Sequence record: PZ452589.1
DNA from: a phage
Direction: 5' to 3' (one strand)
Length of the DNA stretch: 64,000 nucleotides
Shown: positions 21,440 through 32,901 of the stretch, one piece after another
Layout: the number at the start of each line of letters is the position of its first letter
How positions within the stretch are numbered: position 1 is the stretch's first letter
Notes under the pieces: model-generated
Databases searched by the model: none
What the model was told of the DNA's origin: nothing
The model's input: the letters and a program-made list of their open reading frames with translations, nothing else
Translations under genes and position numbers: made by a program

Positions 21440-24400
21440 ATGGCCGAGATTAAAAGAAAGTTCAGAGCAGAAGATGGTCTGGACGCAGGTGGCGATAAAA
21501 TAATCAACGTAGCTTTAGCTGATCGTACCGTAGGAACTGACGGTGTTAACGTTGATTACTTAATTCAAGAAAACACAGTTCAGCAATATGATCCAACTCG
21601 TGGATATTTAAAAGATTTTGTAATCATTTATAATAATCGTTTTTGGGCAGCAACGGATAATATTCCAAAACCTGCTGGAAATTTTAATAGAATTCGTTGG
21701 AAAGCATTACGTACTGATGCCGTATATACAACCGTATCATCTGGACCATATCAATTAAAATCCGGAGAAGCAATTTCAGTAGATACATCAGTTGGCAATG
21801 ACATTGAGTTTACTTTACCACCTTCTCCGCTTGATGGAGAAACCGTAATAATTCAAGATATCGGTGGAAAACCTGGCATAAATCAGGTTAAAATAAATTC
21901 TTCAAATCAGAGTATTGTCAATTTTAGAGGTGAACAGGTACGTTCAGTTTTAATGACTCATCCAAAGTCACAGATGGTATTCATTTTTAATAATCGTTTG
22001 TGGCAAATGTATATTGCTGATTATAGCAGAGAAGCTGCGATTGTTACTCCATCGACTGCATATCAAGCACAATCTAATGATTTTATCGTACGTAGATTTA
22101 CTTCTGCCGCACCGATTAATGTTAAACTTCCAAGATTTGCCAATCATGGAGATATCATTAATTTCGTTGATTTAGATAAATTAAATCCACTTTATCATAC
22201 AATTGTTACGACATATGATGAAACAACGTCAGTGCAAGAAGTTGGAACTCATTCCATTGAAGGCCGTACATCGATTGACGGTTTCTTGATGTTTGATGAT
22301 AATGAGAAATTGTGGAGATTGTTTGACGGGGATAGTAAAGCACGTTTACGCATTATAACGACTAATTCAAACATTCGTCCAAATGAAGAAGTTATGGTAT
22401 TTGGTGCGAATAATGGAACAACCCAAACAATTGAGCTTCAGCTTCCGACTGATATTTCTGTTGGTGATACTGTTAAAATTTCCATGAATTACATGAGAAA
22501 AGGACAAACAGTTAAAATCAAAGCTGCTGGTGAAGATAAAATTGCTTCTTCAGTTCAATTGCTGCAATTCCCAAAACGTTCAGAATATCCGCCTGAAGCT
22601 GAATGGGTAACAGTTCAAGAATTAGTTTTTAACGGTGAAACTAATTATGTTCCAGTTTTACAACTTGCTTATATAGAAGATTCTGATGGAAAATACTGGG
22701 TTGTACAGCAAAACGTTCCAACTGTAGAAAGAGTAGACTCTTTAAATGCTTCTACTAGAGCAAGATTAGGCGTAATTGCTTTAGCTACACAAGCTCAAGC
22801 AAATGCTGATTTAGAAAATTCTCCGCAAAAAGAATTGGCAATTACTCCAGAAACGTTAGCTAATCGTACTGCTACTGAAACTCGCAGAGGTATTGCAAGA
22901 ATAGCAACTACTGCTCAAGTAAATCAGAACACCACATTCTCTTTTGCAGATGACCTTATCATCACTCCTAAAAAGCTGAATGAAAGAACTGCTACAGAAA
23001 CTCGTAGAGGTGTCGCTGAAATTGCTACGCAGCAGGAAACTAATACAGGTACTGATGATACTACAATCATCACTCCTAAAAAGCTTCAAGCTCGTCAAGG
23101 TTCTGAATCATTATCTGGTATTGTAACTTTTGTATCTACCGCAGGAGCTACTCCAGCTTCTAGTCGTGAATTAAATGGTACGAATGTTTATAATAAAAAC
23201 ACTAATAATTTAGTTGTTTCACCTAAAGCTTTGGATCAGTATAAAGCTACTCCAACGCAACAAGGCGCAGTAATTTTAGCAGTTGAAAGTGAAGTAATTG
23301 CTGGACAAAGCCAAGAAGGATGGGCAAATGCGGTTGTAACGCCAGAAACGTTACATAAAAAGACATCAACTGATGCAAGAATTGGTTTAATTGAAATTGC
23401 TACACAAAGTGAAGTTAATACAGGAACTGATTATACTCGTGCAGTCACTCCTAAAACTTTAAATGACCGTAGAGCAACTGAAAGTTTAAGTGGTATAGCT
23501 GAAATTGCTACACAGGTTGAATTCGACGCAGGCGTCGACGATACTCGTATCTCTACACCATTAAAAATTAAAACCAGATTTAATAGTACTGATCGTACTT
23601 CTGTTGTTGCTCTATCTGGATTAGTTGAATCAGGAACTCTCTGGGACCATTATACCCTTAATATTCTTGAAGCAAATGAGACACAGCGTGGTACACTTCG
23701 TGTAGCTACACAAGTTGAAGCTGCTGCAGGAACATTAGATAATGTTTTAATAACTCCTAAAAAGCTTTTAGGTACTAAATCTACTGAAGCACAGGAAGGT
23801 GTCATTAAAGTTGCAACTCAGTCTGAAACTGTGGCTGGAACGTCAGCAAATACTGCTGTATCTCCAAAAAATTTAAAATGGATTGTGCAGAGTGAACCTA
23901 CTTGGGCAGCTACTACTGCAATAAGAGGTTTTGTTAAAACTTCATCTGGTTCAATTACATTCGTTGGTAATGATACGGTAGGTTCAACACAGCCATTAGA
24001 ATCATATGAGAAAAATGGTTATGCAGTATCACCATATGAATTAAATCGCGTATTAGCAAATTATTTGCCATTAAAAGCAAAAGCTGTAGATAGTAATTTA
24101 TTAGATGGTCTAGATTCGCTCCAGTTCATTCGTAGGGACATTGCACAAACAGTTAATGGTTCACTAACCTTAACCCAACAAACGAATCTGAGTGCCCCTC
24201 TTGTATCATCTAGTACTGCTACATTCGGTGGATCAGTTTCAGCAAATAGTACATTAACTATTTCTAATACTGGAACGGCAACTCGTCTGATTTTTGAGAA
24301 AGGACCTCAAACTGGAACAAACCCAGCTCAAACGATGACAGTCAGAGTGTGGGGAAATCAATTTAGTGGGGAATCAGACACAACACGTTCTACCGTATTT

Positions 24401-25309
24401 GAAGTTAGTGATGAAACGTCTAGTCATTTTTATTCTCAGCGTAATAAAGCTGGAAATATAACATTTAATATCAACGGTACAGTAACACCGATAAATGTTA
24501 ATGCTTCAGGAACATTGAATGCAAATGGTGTAGCAACATTTGGTAATTCAGTCACTGCAACTGGTGAAATTATTTCTCGAAGCGCAAATGCTTTCCGTGC
24601 TATTAGCGGAAATTATGGTTTCATTGTTCGCAATGACGGGTCAGTAACGAATTTTATGCTTACTGCATCGGGTGATCAGACTGGCGGATTTAATGGATTG
24701 CGTCCTTTAGCTATTAATAATGCATCTGGCCAAGTAACGATTGGTGAAAGCTTAATCATTGCAAAAGGTGCTACTATAAGTTCGGGTGGTTTGACTGTTA
24801 ACTCGAGAATTCGTTCTCAGGGTACTAAAACCTCTGATTTATATACCCGTGCGCCAACATCTGATACAGTAGGATTCTGGTCAATCGATATTAATGATTC
24901 AGCCACTTATAACCAGTTCCCGGGTTATTTTAAAATGGTTGAAAAAACTAATGAAGTGACTGGGCTTCCATACTTAGAACGTGGCGAAGAAGTTAAATCT
25001 CCTGGTACATTGACTCAGTTTGGTAACACACTTGATTCGCTTTACCAAGATTGGATTACTTATCCAACGACCCCAGAAGCACGTACCACTCGCTGGACGC
25101 GTACATGGCAGAAAACTAAAAATTCTTGGTCAAGTTTTGTTCAGGTATTTGATGGAGGTAACCCTCCTCAACCTTCGGATATAGGAGCAATCCCATCTGA
25201 TAATGGAATAATAGGTAATCTTACTATTCGTGATTTCTTACGAATTGGTAATGTTCGCATTATTCCTGACCCAGTGAATAAAACTGTTAAATTTGAGTGG
25301 ATTGAATAA
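21440..25309 (+). CDS. 34: long tail fibre proximal subunit gp34, 1289 aa
   Basis: length equals T4 gp34; repetitive beta-rich fibre sequence; first gene of the 34-38 block. Confidence 0.92.
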   Translation: MAEIKRKFRAEDGLDAGGDKIINVALADRTVGTDGVNVDYLIQENTVQQYDPTRGYLKDFVIIYNNRFWAATDNIPKPAGNFNRIRWKALRTDAVYTTVSSGPYQLKSGEAISVDTSVGNDIEFTLPPSPLDGETVIIQDIGGKPGINQVKINSSNQSIVNFRGEQVRSVLMTHPKSQMVFIFNNRLWQMYIADYSREAAIVTPSTAYQAQSNDFIVRRFTSAAPINVKLPRFANHGDIINFVDLDKLNPLYHTIVTTYDETTSVQEVGTHSIEGRTSIDGFLMFDDNEKLWRLFDGDSKARLRIITTNSNIRPNEEVMVFGANNGTTQTIELQLPTDISVGDTVKISMNYMRKGQTVKIKAAGEDKIASSVQLLQFPKRSEYPPEAEWVTVQELVFNGETNYVPVLQLAYIEDSDGKYWVVQQNVPTVERVDSLNASTRARLGVIALATQAQANADLENSPQKELAITPETLANRTATETRRGIARIATTAQVNQNTTFSFADDLIITPKKLNERTATETRRGVAEIATQQETNTGTDDTTIITPKKLQARQGSESLSGIVTFVSTAGATPASSRELNGTNVYNKNTNNLVVSPKALDQYKATPTQQGAVILAVESEVIAGQSQEGWANAVVTPETLHKKTSTDARIGLIEIATQSEVNTGTDYTRAVTPKTLNDRRATESLSGIAEIATQVEFDAGVDDTRISTPLKIKTRFNSTDRTSVVALSGLVESGTLWDHYTLNILEANETQRGTLRVATQVEAAAGTLDNVLITPKKLLGTKSTEAQEGVIKVATQSETVAGTSANTAVSPKNLKWIVQSEPTWAATTAIRGFVKTSSGSITFVGNDTVGSTQPLESYEKNGYAVSPYELNRVLANYLPLKAKAVDSNLLDGLDSLQFIRRDIAQTVNGSLTLTQQTNLSAPLVSSSTATFGGSVSANSTLTISNTGTATRLIFEKGPQTGTNPAQTMTVRVWGNQFSGESDTTRSTVFEVSDETSSHFYSQRNKAGNITFNINGTVTPINVNASGTLNANGVATFGNSVTATGEIISRSANAFRAISGNYGFIVRNDGSVTNFMLTASGDQTGGFNGLRPLAINNASGQVTIGESLIIAKGATISSGGLTVNSRIRSQGTKTSDLYTRAPTSDTVGFWSIDINDSATYNQFPGYFKMVEKTNEVTGLPYLERGEEVKSPGTLTQFGNTLDSLYQDWITYPTTPEARTTRWTRTWQKTKNSWSSFVQVFDGGNPPQPSDIGAIPSDNGIIGNLTIRDFLRIGNVRIIPDPVNKTVKFEWIE

Positions 25310-25317
25310 GAGGTATT

Positions 25318-26433
25318 ATGGAAAAATTTATGGCAGAGTTTGGGCAAGGATATGTCCAAACGCCATTTTTATCGGAAAGCAATTCAGTAAGATATAAAAT
25401 AAGCATAGCGGGTTCTTGCCCGCTTTCTACTGCGGGGCCATATGTTAAATTTCAGGATAATCCCGTTGGAAATCAAACATTTAGTGCAGGTCTTCATTTA
25501 AGAGTTTTTGACCCTTCTACAGGAGCATTAGTTGATAGTAAGTCATATGCTTTTTCTGCTTCAAACAATACAACATCTGCCGCTTTTGTTAGTTTCATGA
25601 ATTCTTTGTCAAACAATAGACTTGTTGCTATATTAACTAGCGGAAAGGTTAATTTTCCTCCTGAAGTGGTATCTTGGTTAAGGGGAGCAGGAACTTCAGT
25701 TTTTCCATCAGATTCAGTATTGTCAAGATTTGACGTGTCATATGCTGCTTTTTACACTTCTTCTAAAAGAGCTATCGCATTAGAGCATGTTAAACTAAGT
25801 AATAGAAAAAGCACAGATGACTATCAAACTATGTTAGATGTTGTATTTGATAGTTTAGAAGACGTCGGAGCTACAGGATTTCCTAAAAGAACATACGAAA
25901 GCGTTGAGCAATTTATGTCTGCGGTTGGTGGAACTAATAACGAAATTGCGCGATTGCCAACTTCAGCTGCTATAAGTAAACTTTCTGACTACAATTTAAT
26001 TCCTGGTGATGTTCTTTATCTTAAAGCACAACTATATGCTGATGCTGATTTACTTGATCTTGGAACTGCAAATATATCTATTCGTTTTTATGATGCATCA
26101 AATGGATATATTTCCTCGACCCAAGCTGAGTTTACTGGGCAAGCTGGGTCTTGGGAATTAAAAGAAGATTATGTAGTTGTTCCTGAAAATGCAGTAGGAT
26201 TTACGATATATGCACAAAGAACTGCCCAAGCAGGTCAAGGCGGCATGAGAAATTTAAGCTTTTCTGAAGTATCAAGAAATGGCGGAATTTCAAAACCTGC
26301 CGAATTTGGCGTCAACGGTATTCGCGTTAATTATGTCTGTGAATCGGCTTCACCTCCAGATATAATGGTACTTCCTACACAAGCCTCTTCTAAAACTGGC
26401 AAAGTGTTTGGACAGGAATTTAGAGAAGTTTAA
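25318..26433 (+). CDS. 35: long tail fibre hinge protein gp35, 371 aa
   Basis: position and length as T4 gp35. Confidence 0.88.
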   Translation: MEKFMAEFGQGYVQTPFLSESNSVRYKISIAGSCPLSTAGPYVKFQDNPVGNQTFSAGLHLRVFDPSTGALVDSKSYAFSASNNTTSAAFVSFMNSLSNNRLVAILTSGKVNFPPEVVSWLRGAGTSVFPSDSVLSRFDVSYAAFYTSSKRAIALEHVKLSNRKSTDDYQTMLDVVFDSLEDVGATGFPKRTYESVEQFMSAVGGTNNEIARLPTSAAISKLSDYNLIPGDVLYLKAQLYADADLLDLGTANISIRFYDASNGYISSTQAEFTGQAGSWELKEDYVVVPENAVGFTIYAQRTAQAGQGGMRNLSFSEVSRNGGISKPAEFGVNGIRVNYVCESASPPDIMVLPTQASSKTGKVFGQEFREV

Positions 26434-26437
26434 ACTG

Positions 26438-26466
26438 AGGGAGCCTTCGGGTTCCCTTTTTCTTTA
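26438..26466 (+). terminator. plus-strand C(UUCG)G hairpin / terminator after gene 35
   Basis: GGGAGCC-UUCG-GGUUCCC followed by UUUUUCUUU. Confidence 0.5.
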
Positions 26467-26471
26467 TAAAT
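26464..26471 (+). promoter_or_regulatory. late promoter TATAAATA for gene 36
   Basis: exact TATAAATA 25 nt upstream of gene 36 ATG. Confidence 0.55.
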
Positions 26472-26495
26472 AATATTAAAATAAAGGGGCATATA

Positions 26496-27146
26496 ATGGC
26501 TGATTTAAAAGTAGGTTCAACTGTGGGTGGATCTGTCATTTGGCATCAAGGAAATTTTCCATTGAATTCAGCCGGTGACGATGTACTCTACAAATCATTT
26601 AAAATATATTCAGAATATAATAAACCGCAGGCAGCTGATAACGATTTCGTTTCTAAAGCTAATGGTGGTACTTACGCCGGTCCAATTACTATTAATTACG
26701 GGGTAAATAGTTATCTTCAATTAAGTAATAATGAAACCCCTATCCGAATTCGTTCTGGTGGCGGCACTGGTAATACTCTTGTAGTTGGCGGCTCTTCCGG
26801 TGGTATTAGTTTTAGACCAGCAGGTAGTGAAATCACTACTGGACAAATTACTATTACGCCAGAAGGTTTGACAACATTTACCAAAGCTGTAACGGCTCCA
26901 TCTGTAACTGTTACATCTACTCCTTCCGCAGCATCTGATGTTACTCGCAAAGATTATGTTGATGGAGCAATAAATACTGTTACAGCAAATGCAAACTCTA
27001 GGGTATTACGCTCTGGAGACACTATGACAGGAAATTTAACTGCGCCAAACCTTTTTTCACAGAATCCTGCATCTCAACCTTCACACGTTCCACGATTTGA
27101 CCAAATCGTAATTAAGGATTCTGTTCAAGATTTCGGCTATTATTAA
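26496..27146 (+). CDS. 36: long tail fibre distal connector gp36, 216 aa
   Basis: position and size as T4 gp36. Confidence 0.88.
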   Translation: MADLKVGSTVGGSVIWHQGNFPLNSAGDDVLYKSFKIYSEYNKPQAADNDFVSKANGGTYAGPITINYGVNSYLQLSNNETPIRIRSGGGTGNTLVVGGSSGGISFRPAGSEITTGQITITPEGLTTFTKAVTAPSVTVTSTPSAASDVTRKDYVDGAINTVTANANSRVLRSGDTMTGNLTAPNLFSQNPASQPSHVPRFDQIVIKDSVQDFGYY

Positions 27147-27154
27147 GAGGACTT

Positions 27155-30100
27155 ATGGCTACTTTAAAACAAATACAATTTAAAAGAAGCAAAACTGCAG
27201 GTCAACGTCCTGCTGCTTCAGTATTAGCCGAAGGTGAATTGGCTATAAACTTAAAAGATAAAACAATTTTCACAAAAGATGACTCAGGCAGTGTTATAGA
27301 ATTAGGTTTAAAATATGGAGGAACAATTGATGGTTCTTTAACTGTTAATGGAAATATAATTGGAAATTTAACAGGTAACGCTGCAACTGCAACGAAATTA
27401 AAAACAGCACGAAAAATTAATGGTATATCCTTTGATGGGTCAAAGGATATCACGCTAACTCCATCTGACATAAATGTCAATAGCACAACATTTATAAAAA
27501 ATAATGGCGAATTACCTGTTGATGCTAATTTAGATGAGTATGGGCCTGTTGAAGAATATCTTGGTGTTTGGTCGAAAGCAACTTCAACCAACGCTCAACC
27601 AGCAAATAAATTTCCAGAAGAAAATGCTGTAGGTGTGCTAGAAGTATTTGTGGCCGGTCAATTTGCTGGTACTCAGAGATATACAACTAGATACGGAAAT
27701 GTTTATATTCGTTCCTTGACTGCTACATGGAACGGAGTAAATGGTCCGTGGAGTGTGTGGCGAAATATTCAATCCGGTACTCGTCCACTGTCAACAACAA
27801 TTGATCTTAATGATCTAGGAGGCGCTGAACACTTTGGTTTGTGGCGAAATAGTTCAAATTCTATTGCTACCTTTGACAGAAATTTCCCAGAAGAGGGGTC
27901 GTCAGCTCAAGGACTTTTAGAAGTATATGAAGGTGGAAACTATTCTCGCACACAGAGATATACGACCAGATTTGGTGTTGTTTATACTCGCTGTCTTGCT
28001 GCTGCATGGGATGCATCTGCGCCTAATTGGGGACCGTGGCAACAAGTCGGTAATGTCACACCAGCGACTTTCTATGATGGTGACCTTAATGATTTTAAAA
28101 CTCCTGGGTTATATAATATTTTAGGCACTGATGCCGTTATTAACTGTCCTACCGGTGAAGGTTTGCCGACTGTTATTGTTGGTTTGCTGGAAGTTAAACA
28201 GCGTGCTTCTGGCGGTGCTATTTTCCAAAAATTTACTACTGCCGGAACGGGTGCAACTACTCGCGATCGTATTTTTGAGCGTGCATATACTGGTGGTGTG
28301 TGGGGTGCATGGAACGAAGTATATACATCTTATTCTCTGCCAATTACTTTGGGTATGGGTGGTGTTAAAACTCAATTAGCGGAGCTAGATTGGCAAACAT
28401 TTGATTTTGTTCCTGGTAGTATGTTTAGCGTTCCTTTGAACAAAATAAAGAACATGCCAGCAAATATGAATTGGGGTACGATTGACGGAAACTTGGTTAT
28501 GTTTTCTGTCGGTCCTAGCGAACACACTGGCACAGGACGTACTGTTCAGGTTTGGCGTGGTACTGTATCCCAGACAAACTACCGTTATTTTGTCGTTCGT
28601 GTGTTCGGTAATTCTGGAAATAGAACTTGCACAGTTCGTCGTGTTGTTCTTGAAGACGGATCACATACTTGGACTGCTCAACAAAACTTTAGGGGATTGT
28701 TGAATATCACTGCTGCTGTTAATCTTGGTGCTAATCAGAAAATTTCACTTGCTCCAGGAGCATATATTCAAGCCCCTGCTAGCGGTTCTGGTTCTAATAC
28801 TTACGCGAATCAGAATACTACCATTGCACCATTATATCAGGCCATTGACGATTCAAATAAAAACCAGTTTGCGCCAATTGTTAAACAGAAAAATACTGTA
28901 AGTAATATCACCTTTGCCACTGGTATGGCTATAGGTACATCCGAATATAAGATCATTGCTCAGGGTGATTTATCAGCTAATGGAACAGCAGATGGGTTAA
29001 AACAATGGACTTTCATGCCGTCAGGTTATTTTAAATCTCCAGGGCGTGTATATGTCGGTGATGCGTTCCTTAATACAGATGGTAATATTGCCGGTTCAAT
29101 CTGGAAGAAATATAACAATGCGACAAATTTAGATGCTGCCTTGAATACTCGCGTAGGTAAAGGCGGTGATACGATGACAGGTCGGTTAACAATCAATGCA
29201 CCTAATGATTCTATCGTATTATCAACAACTGCTAGTAATTCTTTGCATATTCGCGGTGACATAGACGGGACTGGTAACTGGTATATTGGCAAGGGTGGTG
29301 CTGATAATTCGCTAGCATTTTATAGCTATGCTACTCAGGCGGCAGTACATATCACAAACAATGGTGAGATTTCGCTAAATCCACAAAATATCGCAATGGT
29401 TAACGTTAACCGCGATCGTGTACACATTAACGGTTCTGGATGGATTGCTAGACAACCGGGTGATTGGGGCAACCAATGGCGAGTAGAAGCTCCATTATTC
29501 GTCGATCATGGTTATGTTTCACAGGATTGTTATTATCCAATTATTAAAGGAAGAAGTGTAATCACCAATCAAGGGTTTGTAACTGCCGTCGATCTTGGTA
29601 TTCGTCGTGTCCCTAACAATTGGGGGCAAGCAATTATTCGTGTTGGATCTGCAGAGGCATCGCCAGCGGCTGGACACCCTAACGCGGTATTTGAATTTCA
29701 TTACGACGGTACTTTCTATTCTCCTGGTAATGGTAACTTTAACGATGTGTATATTCGTTCCGATGGTCGTCTTAAGATTAATAAAAAAGAGCTAGAAAAC
29801 GGAGCACTTGAAAAAGTATGTCGACTGAAAGTTTATATTTACGATAAAGTTAAGTCTATTAAAGACCGTAGTGTTATTAAACGTGAAGTTGGTATTATTG
29901 CTCAGGACCTTGAAAAGGAATTACCGGAAGCTGTATCTAAAGTTGAAGTTGATGGATCTGATGTTCTGACAATTTCTAACTCTGCTGTGAATGCTCTTTT
30001 AATTAAGGCTATTCAGGAAATGAGTGAAGAAATTAAAGAATTGAAAACGCCTCTCTTTACTAAAATTGCTCGCAAAATTAGTAAATATTTTAAATTCTAA
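27155..30100 (+). CDS. 37: long tail fibre distal subunit gp37, 981 aa, with C-terminal intramolecular chaperone domain
   Basis: fibre repeats; C-terminal ~112 aa carries the ..YIRS-DGRLK.. autoproteolysis motif of S74-type chaperone domains. Confidence 0.9.
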   Translation: MATLKQIQFKRSKTAGQRPAASVLAEGELAINLKDKTIFTKDDSGSVIELGLKYGGTIDGSLTVNGNIIGNLTGNAATATKLKTARKINGISFDGSKDITLTPSDINVNSTTFIKNNGELPVDANLDEYGPVEEYLGVWSKATSTNAQPANKFPEENAVGVLEVFVAGQFAGTQRYTTRYGNVYIRSLTATWNGVNGPWSVWRNIQSGTRPLSTTIDLNDLGGAEHFGLWRNSSNSIATFDRNFPEEGSSAQGLLEVYEGGNYSRTQRYTTRFGVVYTRCLAAAWDASAPNWGPWQQVGNVTPATFYDGDLNDFKTPGLYNILGTDAVINCPTGEGLPTVIVGLLEVKQRASGGAIFQKFTTAGTGATTRDRIFERAYTGGVWGAWNEVYTSYSLPITLGMGGVKTQLAELDWQTFDFVPGSMFSVPLNKIKNMPANMNWGTIDGNLVMFSVGPSEHTGTGRTVQVWRGTVSQTNYRYFVVRVFGNSGNRTCTVRRVVLEDGSHTWTAQQNFRGLLNITAAVNLGANQKISLAPGAYIQAPASGSGSNTYANQNTTIAPLYQAIDDSNKNQFAPIVKQKNTVSNITFATGMAIGTSEYKIIAQGDLSANGTADGLKQWTFMPSGYFKSPGRVYVGDAFLNTDGNIAGSIWKKYNNATNLDAALNTRVGKGGDTMTGRLTINAPNDSIVLSTTASNSLHIRGDIDGTGNWYIGKGGADNSLAFYSYATQAAVHITNNGEISLNPQNIAMVNVNRDRVHINGSGWIARQPGDWGNQWRVEAPLFVDHGYVSQDCYYPIIKGRSVITNQGFVTAVDLGIRRVPNNWGQAIIRVGSAEASPAAGHPNAVFEFHYDGTFYSPGNGNFNDVYIRSDGRLKINKKELENGALEKVCRLKVYIYDKVKSIKDRSVIKREVGIIAQDLEKELPEAVSKVEVDGSDVLTISNSAVNALLIKAIQEMSEEIKELKTPLFTKIARKISKYFKF
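29762..30100 (+). other. gp37 C-terminal intramolecular chaperone domain, predicted cleavage after Ser869
   Basis: S-D-G-R-L-K motif at codons 869-874 then helical ~110-aa tail. Confidence 0.55.
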
Positions 30101-30136
30101 CAACAAGGGGGAAATGCCCCCTTTGGAGTATAAATT

Positions 30137-30919
30137 ATGGCAGTAGTTGGTGTTCCTGGTTGGATTGGAAGTTCAGCCGCAAATGAAACAGGACAGCGCT
30201 GGATGAGTCAAGCGGCTGGTCAATTAAGATTGGGTGTTCCTTGCTGGATGAGTCAATTTGCAGGTCGCTCACGAGAAATTATTCACACGCTTGGAGCAGA
30301 CCATAACTTCAATGGTCAATGGTTCCGAGATAGATGTTTTGAGGCAGGTAGTGCACCTATAGTGTTTAATATTACAGGTGATTTAGTATCATATTCTAAA
30401 GATGTTCCTTTATTCTTCATGTACGGAGATACACCAAATGAATATGTTCAGTTAAATATACATGGCGTAACGATGTATGGACGTGGCGGTAATGGTGGTA
30501 GCAATAGTCCTGGCTCAGCTGGAGGTCATTGTATTCAAAACGATATTGGTGGGAGACTAAGAATTAATAATGGTGGAGCTATTGCTGGCGGTGGCGGTGG
30601 CGGTGGCGGCGGATATTATTCTCCTTTTTCACAAATGAGATTAACCTTTGGCGGTGGTGGTGGGCGTCCGTTTGGTGCACCTGGCGGATCTATTGATATG
30701 CAATCAGGCGCAACTGCTGGTACTATTTCTGCACCTGGCTCAGGATCCGTGAATGGTATCTATAATGGTGGAAACGGTGGTGAAGTAGGTTCCGCGGGAG
30801 GTAGATGCAATATTCGCGGTCAAGGATCTGAATATAATGGCGGCGCTGCTGGTTATGCTGTCATAGGGTCTGCTCCAACGTGGCAAAATGTTGGAGCAAT
30901 ATATGGTCCAAGAGTATAA
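30137..30919 (+). CDS. 38: gp38 receptor-binding adhesin of T2/T6 type, 260 aa
   Basis: glycine-rich motifs ([24 protein letters not shown]) between variable segments; T4-type gp38 would be ~183 aa. Confidence 0.85.
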   Translation: MAVVGVPGWIGSSAANETGQRWMSQAAGQLRLGVPCWMSQFAGRSREIIHTLGADHNFNGQWFRDRCFEAGSAPIVFNITGDLVSYSKDVPLFFMYGDTPNEYVQLNIHGVTMYGRGGNGGSNSPGSAGGHCIQNDIGGRLRINNGGAIAGGGGGGGGGYYSPFSQMRLTFGGGGGRPFGAPGGSIDMQSGATAGTISAPGSGSVNGIYNGGNGGEVGSAGGRCNIRGQGSEYNGGAAGYAVIGSAPTWQNVGAIYGPRV

Positions 30920-30949
30920 TGTGAATAAATACCCTTAAAAGGAGGGTCT

Positions 30950-31606
30950 ATGGCAGCACCTAGAATATCATTTTCGCCCTCTGATATTCTGTTTGGTGTT
31001 CTAGATCGCTTGTTCAAAGATAACGCTACCGGGAAGGTTCTTGCTTCCCGAGTAGCTGTCGTAATTCTTTTATTTATGATGGCGATTGTTTGGTATAGGG
31101 GAGATAGTTTCTTTGAGTACTATAAGCAATCAAAGTATGAAACATACAGTGAAATTATTGAAAAGGAAAGAAATGCACGCTTTGAATCTGTCGCCCTGGA
31201 ACAACTCCAGATAGTTCATATATCATCTGAGGCAGACTTTAGTGCGGTGTATTCTTTCCGCCCTAAAAACTTAAACTATTTTGTTGATATTATAGCATAT
31301 GAAGGAAAATTACCTTCAACAATAAGTGAAAAATCACTTGGAGGATATCCTGTTGATAAAACTATGGATGAATATACAGTTCATTTAAATGGACGTCATT
31401 ATTATTCCGACTCAAAATTTGCTTTTTTACCAACTAAAAAGCCTACTCCCGAAATAAACTACATGTACAGTTGTCCATATTTTAATTTGGATAATATCTA
31501 TGCTGGAACGATAACCATGTACTGGTATAGAAATGATCATATAAGTAATGACCGCCTTGAATCAATATGTGCTCAGGCGGCCAGAATATTAGGAAGGGCT
31601 AAATAA
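30950..31606 (+). CDS. t: holin T, 218 aa
   Basis: MAAPRISFSPSDILFGVLDRLFKDNATGKVL.. with single TMD; matches remembered T4 T. Confidence 0.9.
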   Translation: MAAPRISFSPSDILFGVLDRLFKDNATGKVLASRVAVVILLFMMAIVWYRGDSFFEYYKQSKYETYSEIIEKERNARFESVALEQLQIVHISSEADFSAVYSFRPKNLNYFVDIIAYEGKLPSTISEKSLGGYPVDKTMDEYTVHLNGRHYYSDSKFAFLPTKKPTPEINYMYSCPYFNLDNIYAGTITMYWYRNDHISNDRLESICAQAARILGRAK

Positions 31607-31879
31607 TTATTTGTTCGTATACATTTCTAGATATCGATATACACCCTCAAAACCCTCGTTGAATTCATCGATGAGGGTTTTCTTATCTTCTTGAGTTAAT
31701 TCAGAAACAATTTTACGAAATGAATTCTGATTTAACTTTCTACCTTCATGCGTTACTCCAATCTCATTAAGAAATGCAATAAAATTAGCACGATTCTCAA
31801 CAATATCTTCTCTGGAAAATTTAATCAAAATAGATGCAACAGTAATAATTTCACGAACTGTATCAATGTTTTTATTCAT
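31607..31879 (-). CDS. asiA: anti-sigma70 factor AsiA, 90 aa
   Basis: MNKNIDTVREIITVASILIKFSREDIVENRANFIAFLNEIGVTHEGRKL.. matches remembered T4 AsiA. Confidence 0.9.
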   Translation of the reverse strand: MNKNIDTVREIITVASILIKFSREDIVENRANFIAFLNEIGVTHEGRKLNQNSFRKIVSELTQEDKKTLIDEFNEGFEGVYRYLEMYTNK

Positions 31880-31891
31880 TAACTATACCAC

Positions 31892-32044
31892 TCAATTAGT
31901 TGACTTTGTTATAATATCATCAGACGCTTGATTTGTAAACTGGTCTGTGTTATTTTCTTCAAAAATTTTTTCTACGAATTCCTTGAACGACTCGCGTTCC
32001 TGAGCTACATTATGCTCGATTACCTTTTCAAGATTATGACTCAT
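31892..32044 (-). CDS. possible small acidic protein, 50 aa (MSHNLEKVIEHNVAQ..)
   Basis: ATG overlaps arn stop (ATGA); contains the asiA promoter internally, so coding status uncertain. Confidence 0.3.
   Translation of the reverse strand: MSHNLEKVIEHNVAQERESFKEFVEKIFEENNTDQFTNQASDDIITKSTN
31911..31940 (-). promoter_or_regulatory. early-promoter-like element (GTTTACA-N17-TATTAT) upstream of asiA
   Basis: minus-strand GTTTACA at 31934-31940, TATTAT at 31911-31916. Confidence 0.45.
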
Positions 32045-32319
32045 TCGAAATAATCTTCAATTTCGTAATCATGGACATAAATCATTATAGTTTTTAATAC
32101 ATCATCAATACTTTTTCCTGGAGCTGGAATTACGTAAAAATATCCTGCTTTTGAGAGGTCTTTATAAGTTCCAATCAAGAAATCATTATTCTCAAGATGT
32201 AACTCTTCAACTAATTCATTGACAATTGAATGGTATAGGTTTGGTAGAAACTTATATAGCTTTTCTAGAATATCAATTTTGATTGTGTATTGAACCACGG
32301 ACTGAGAATCAATAATCAT
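32041..32319 (-). CDS. arn: Arn anti-restriction protein (McrBC inhibitor), 92 aa
   Basis: 92-aa acidic ORF directly upstream of asiA as in T4; sequence recalled as Arn. Confidence 0.75.
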   Translation of the reverse strand: MIIDSQSVVQYTIKIDILEKLYKFLPNLYHSIVNELVEELHLENNDFLIGTYKDLSKAGYFYVIPAPGKSIDDVLKTIMIYVHDYEIEDYFE

Positions 32320-32402
32320 AGACCTTCCCCTTATGTTTCTGTTTGCGATTAGATTCTTTAAACGCTTTCTTCTTATCCTTATGAACAGAAGCTTTATTAA
32401 AA

Positions 32403-32621
32403 TTATGCTTTGCGACTAAATTGTTCATAGTGCTGAATTACCTCTCTTAAACATTTGCATGTGAATGAAAACTTTTTAGCTACACCACATTCAAATATAT
32501 GTTCTCTTAAATCGCGTGTATCGGTATATCCCATCTCAACAATAAAATGCCGTATTAGATTTTTATCTTTATCGTTGAGAGAATTAAAATAATCGGATTT
32601 TGAATTAATTTCCCTGGCCAA
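32403..32621 (-). CDS. hypothetical protein, 72 aa (arn.x)
   Basis: ORF; unknown. Confidence 0.5.
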   Translation of the reverse strand: MAREINSKSDYFNSLNDKDKNLIRHFIVEMGYTDTRDLREHIFECGVAKKFSFTCKCLREVIQHYEQFSRKA

Positions 32622-32901
32622 TTTGAATCACCTTCAGTTGGCGTTTTAGCTCTTTTATCATCTCTTCGTTCATCGCAATATAAAGATCGCGTAAAGCAAG
32701 TTTTAGCATTCCATTTACTGGATAACTAAATGGACATACATAATCTTTTCCTACGAGCTTTTTAGTGAATTCCATATCACAGAACTGAAATGCCGGTTCA
32801 TTTGTATAAATTCCCCAATTAGTTGACATCATTTTATTGGCATATTCCAACGCCTGGATTTGATTCTTAATTCCATCAATTTGAAACTTTTTAATATTCA
32901 T
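32605..32901 (-). CDS. hypothetical protein, 98 aa (arn.x)
   Basis: ORF; unknown. Confidence 0.5.
   Translation of the reverse strand: MNIKKFQIDGIKNQIQALEYANKMMSTNWGIYTNEPAFQFCDMEFTKKLVGKDYVCPFSYPVNGMLKLALRDLYIAMNEEMIKELKRQLKVIQIGQGN

Noticed and set aside
21440-30100. Antisense or alternative-frame ORFs inside the tail-fibre genes (22856-23098, 26717-26950, 27202-27591, 27927-28124, 28121-28375, 28131-28379, 28482-28703, 29026-29292, 29519-29701, 29595-29795)
   Set aside because: All lie wholly within the long, well-supported gp34/gp36/gp37 reading frames, have no SD, and have low-complexity composition; shadow ORFs.
30107-30134. TATAAATT upstream of gene 38 as a late promoter, and GGGGG-AAATG-CCCCC hairpin as a terminator
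   Set aside because: TATAAATT ends at the ATG and overlaps the SD, so cannot serve as a -10 for this gene; the hairpin has only a 3-nt U tract. More likely an intercistronic RNA structure inside the 34-38 late transcript.
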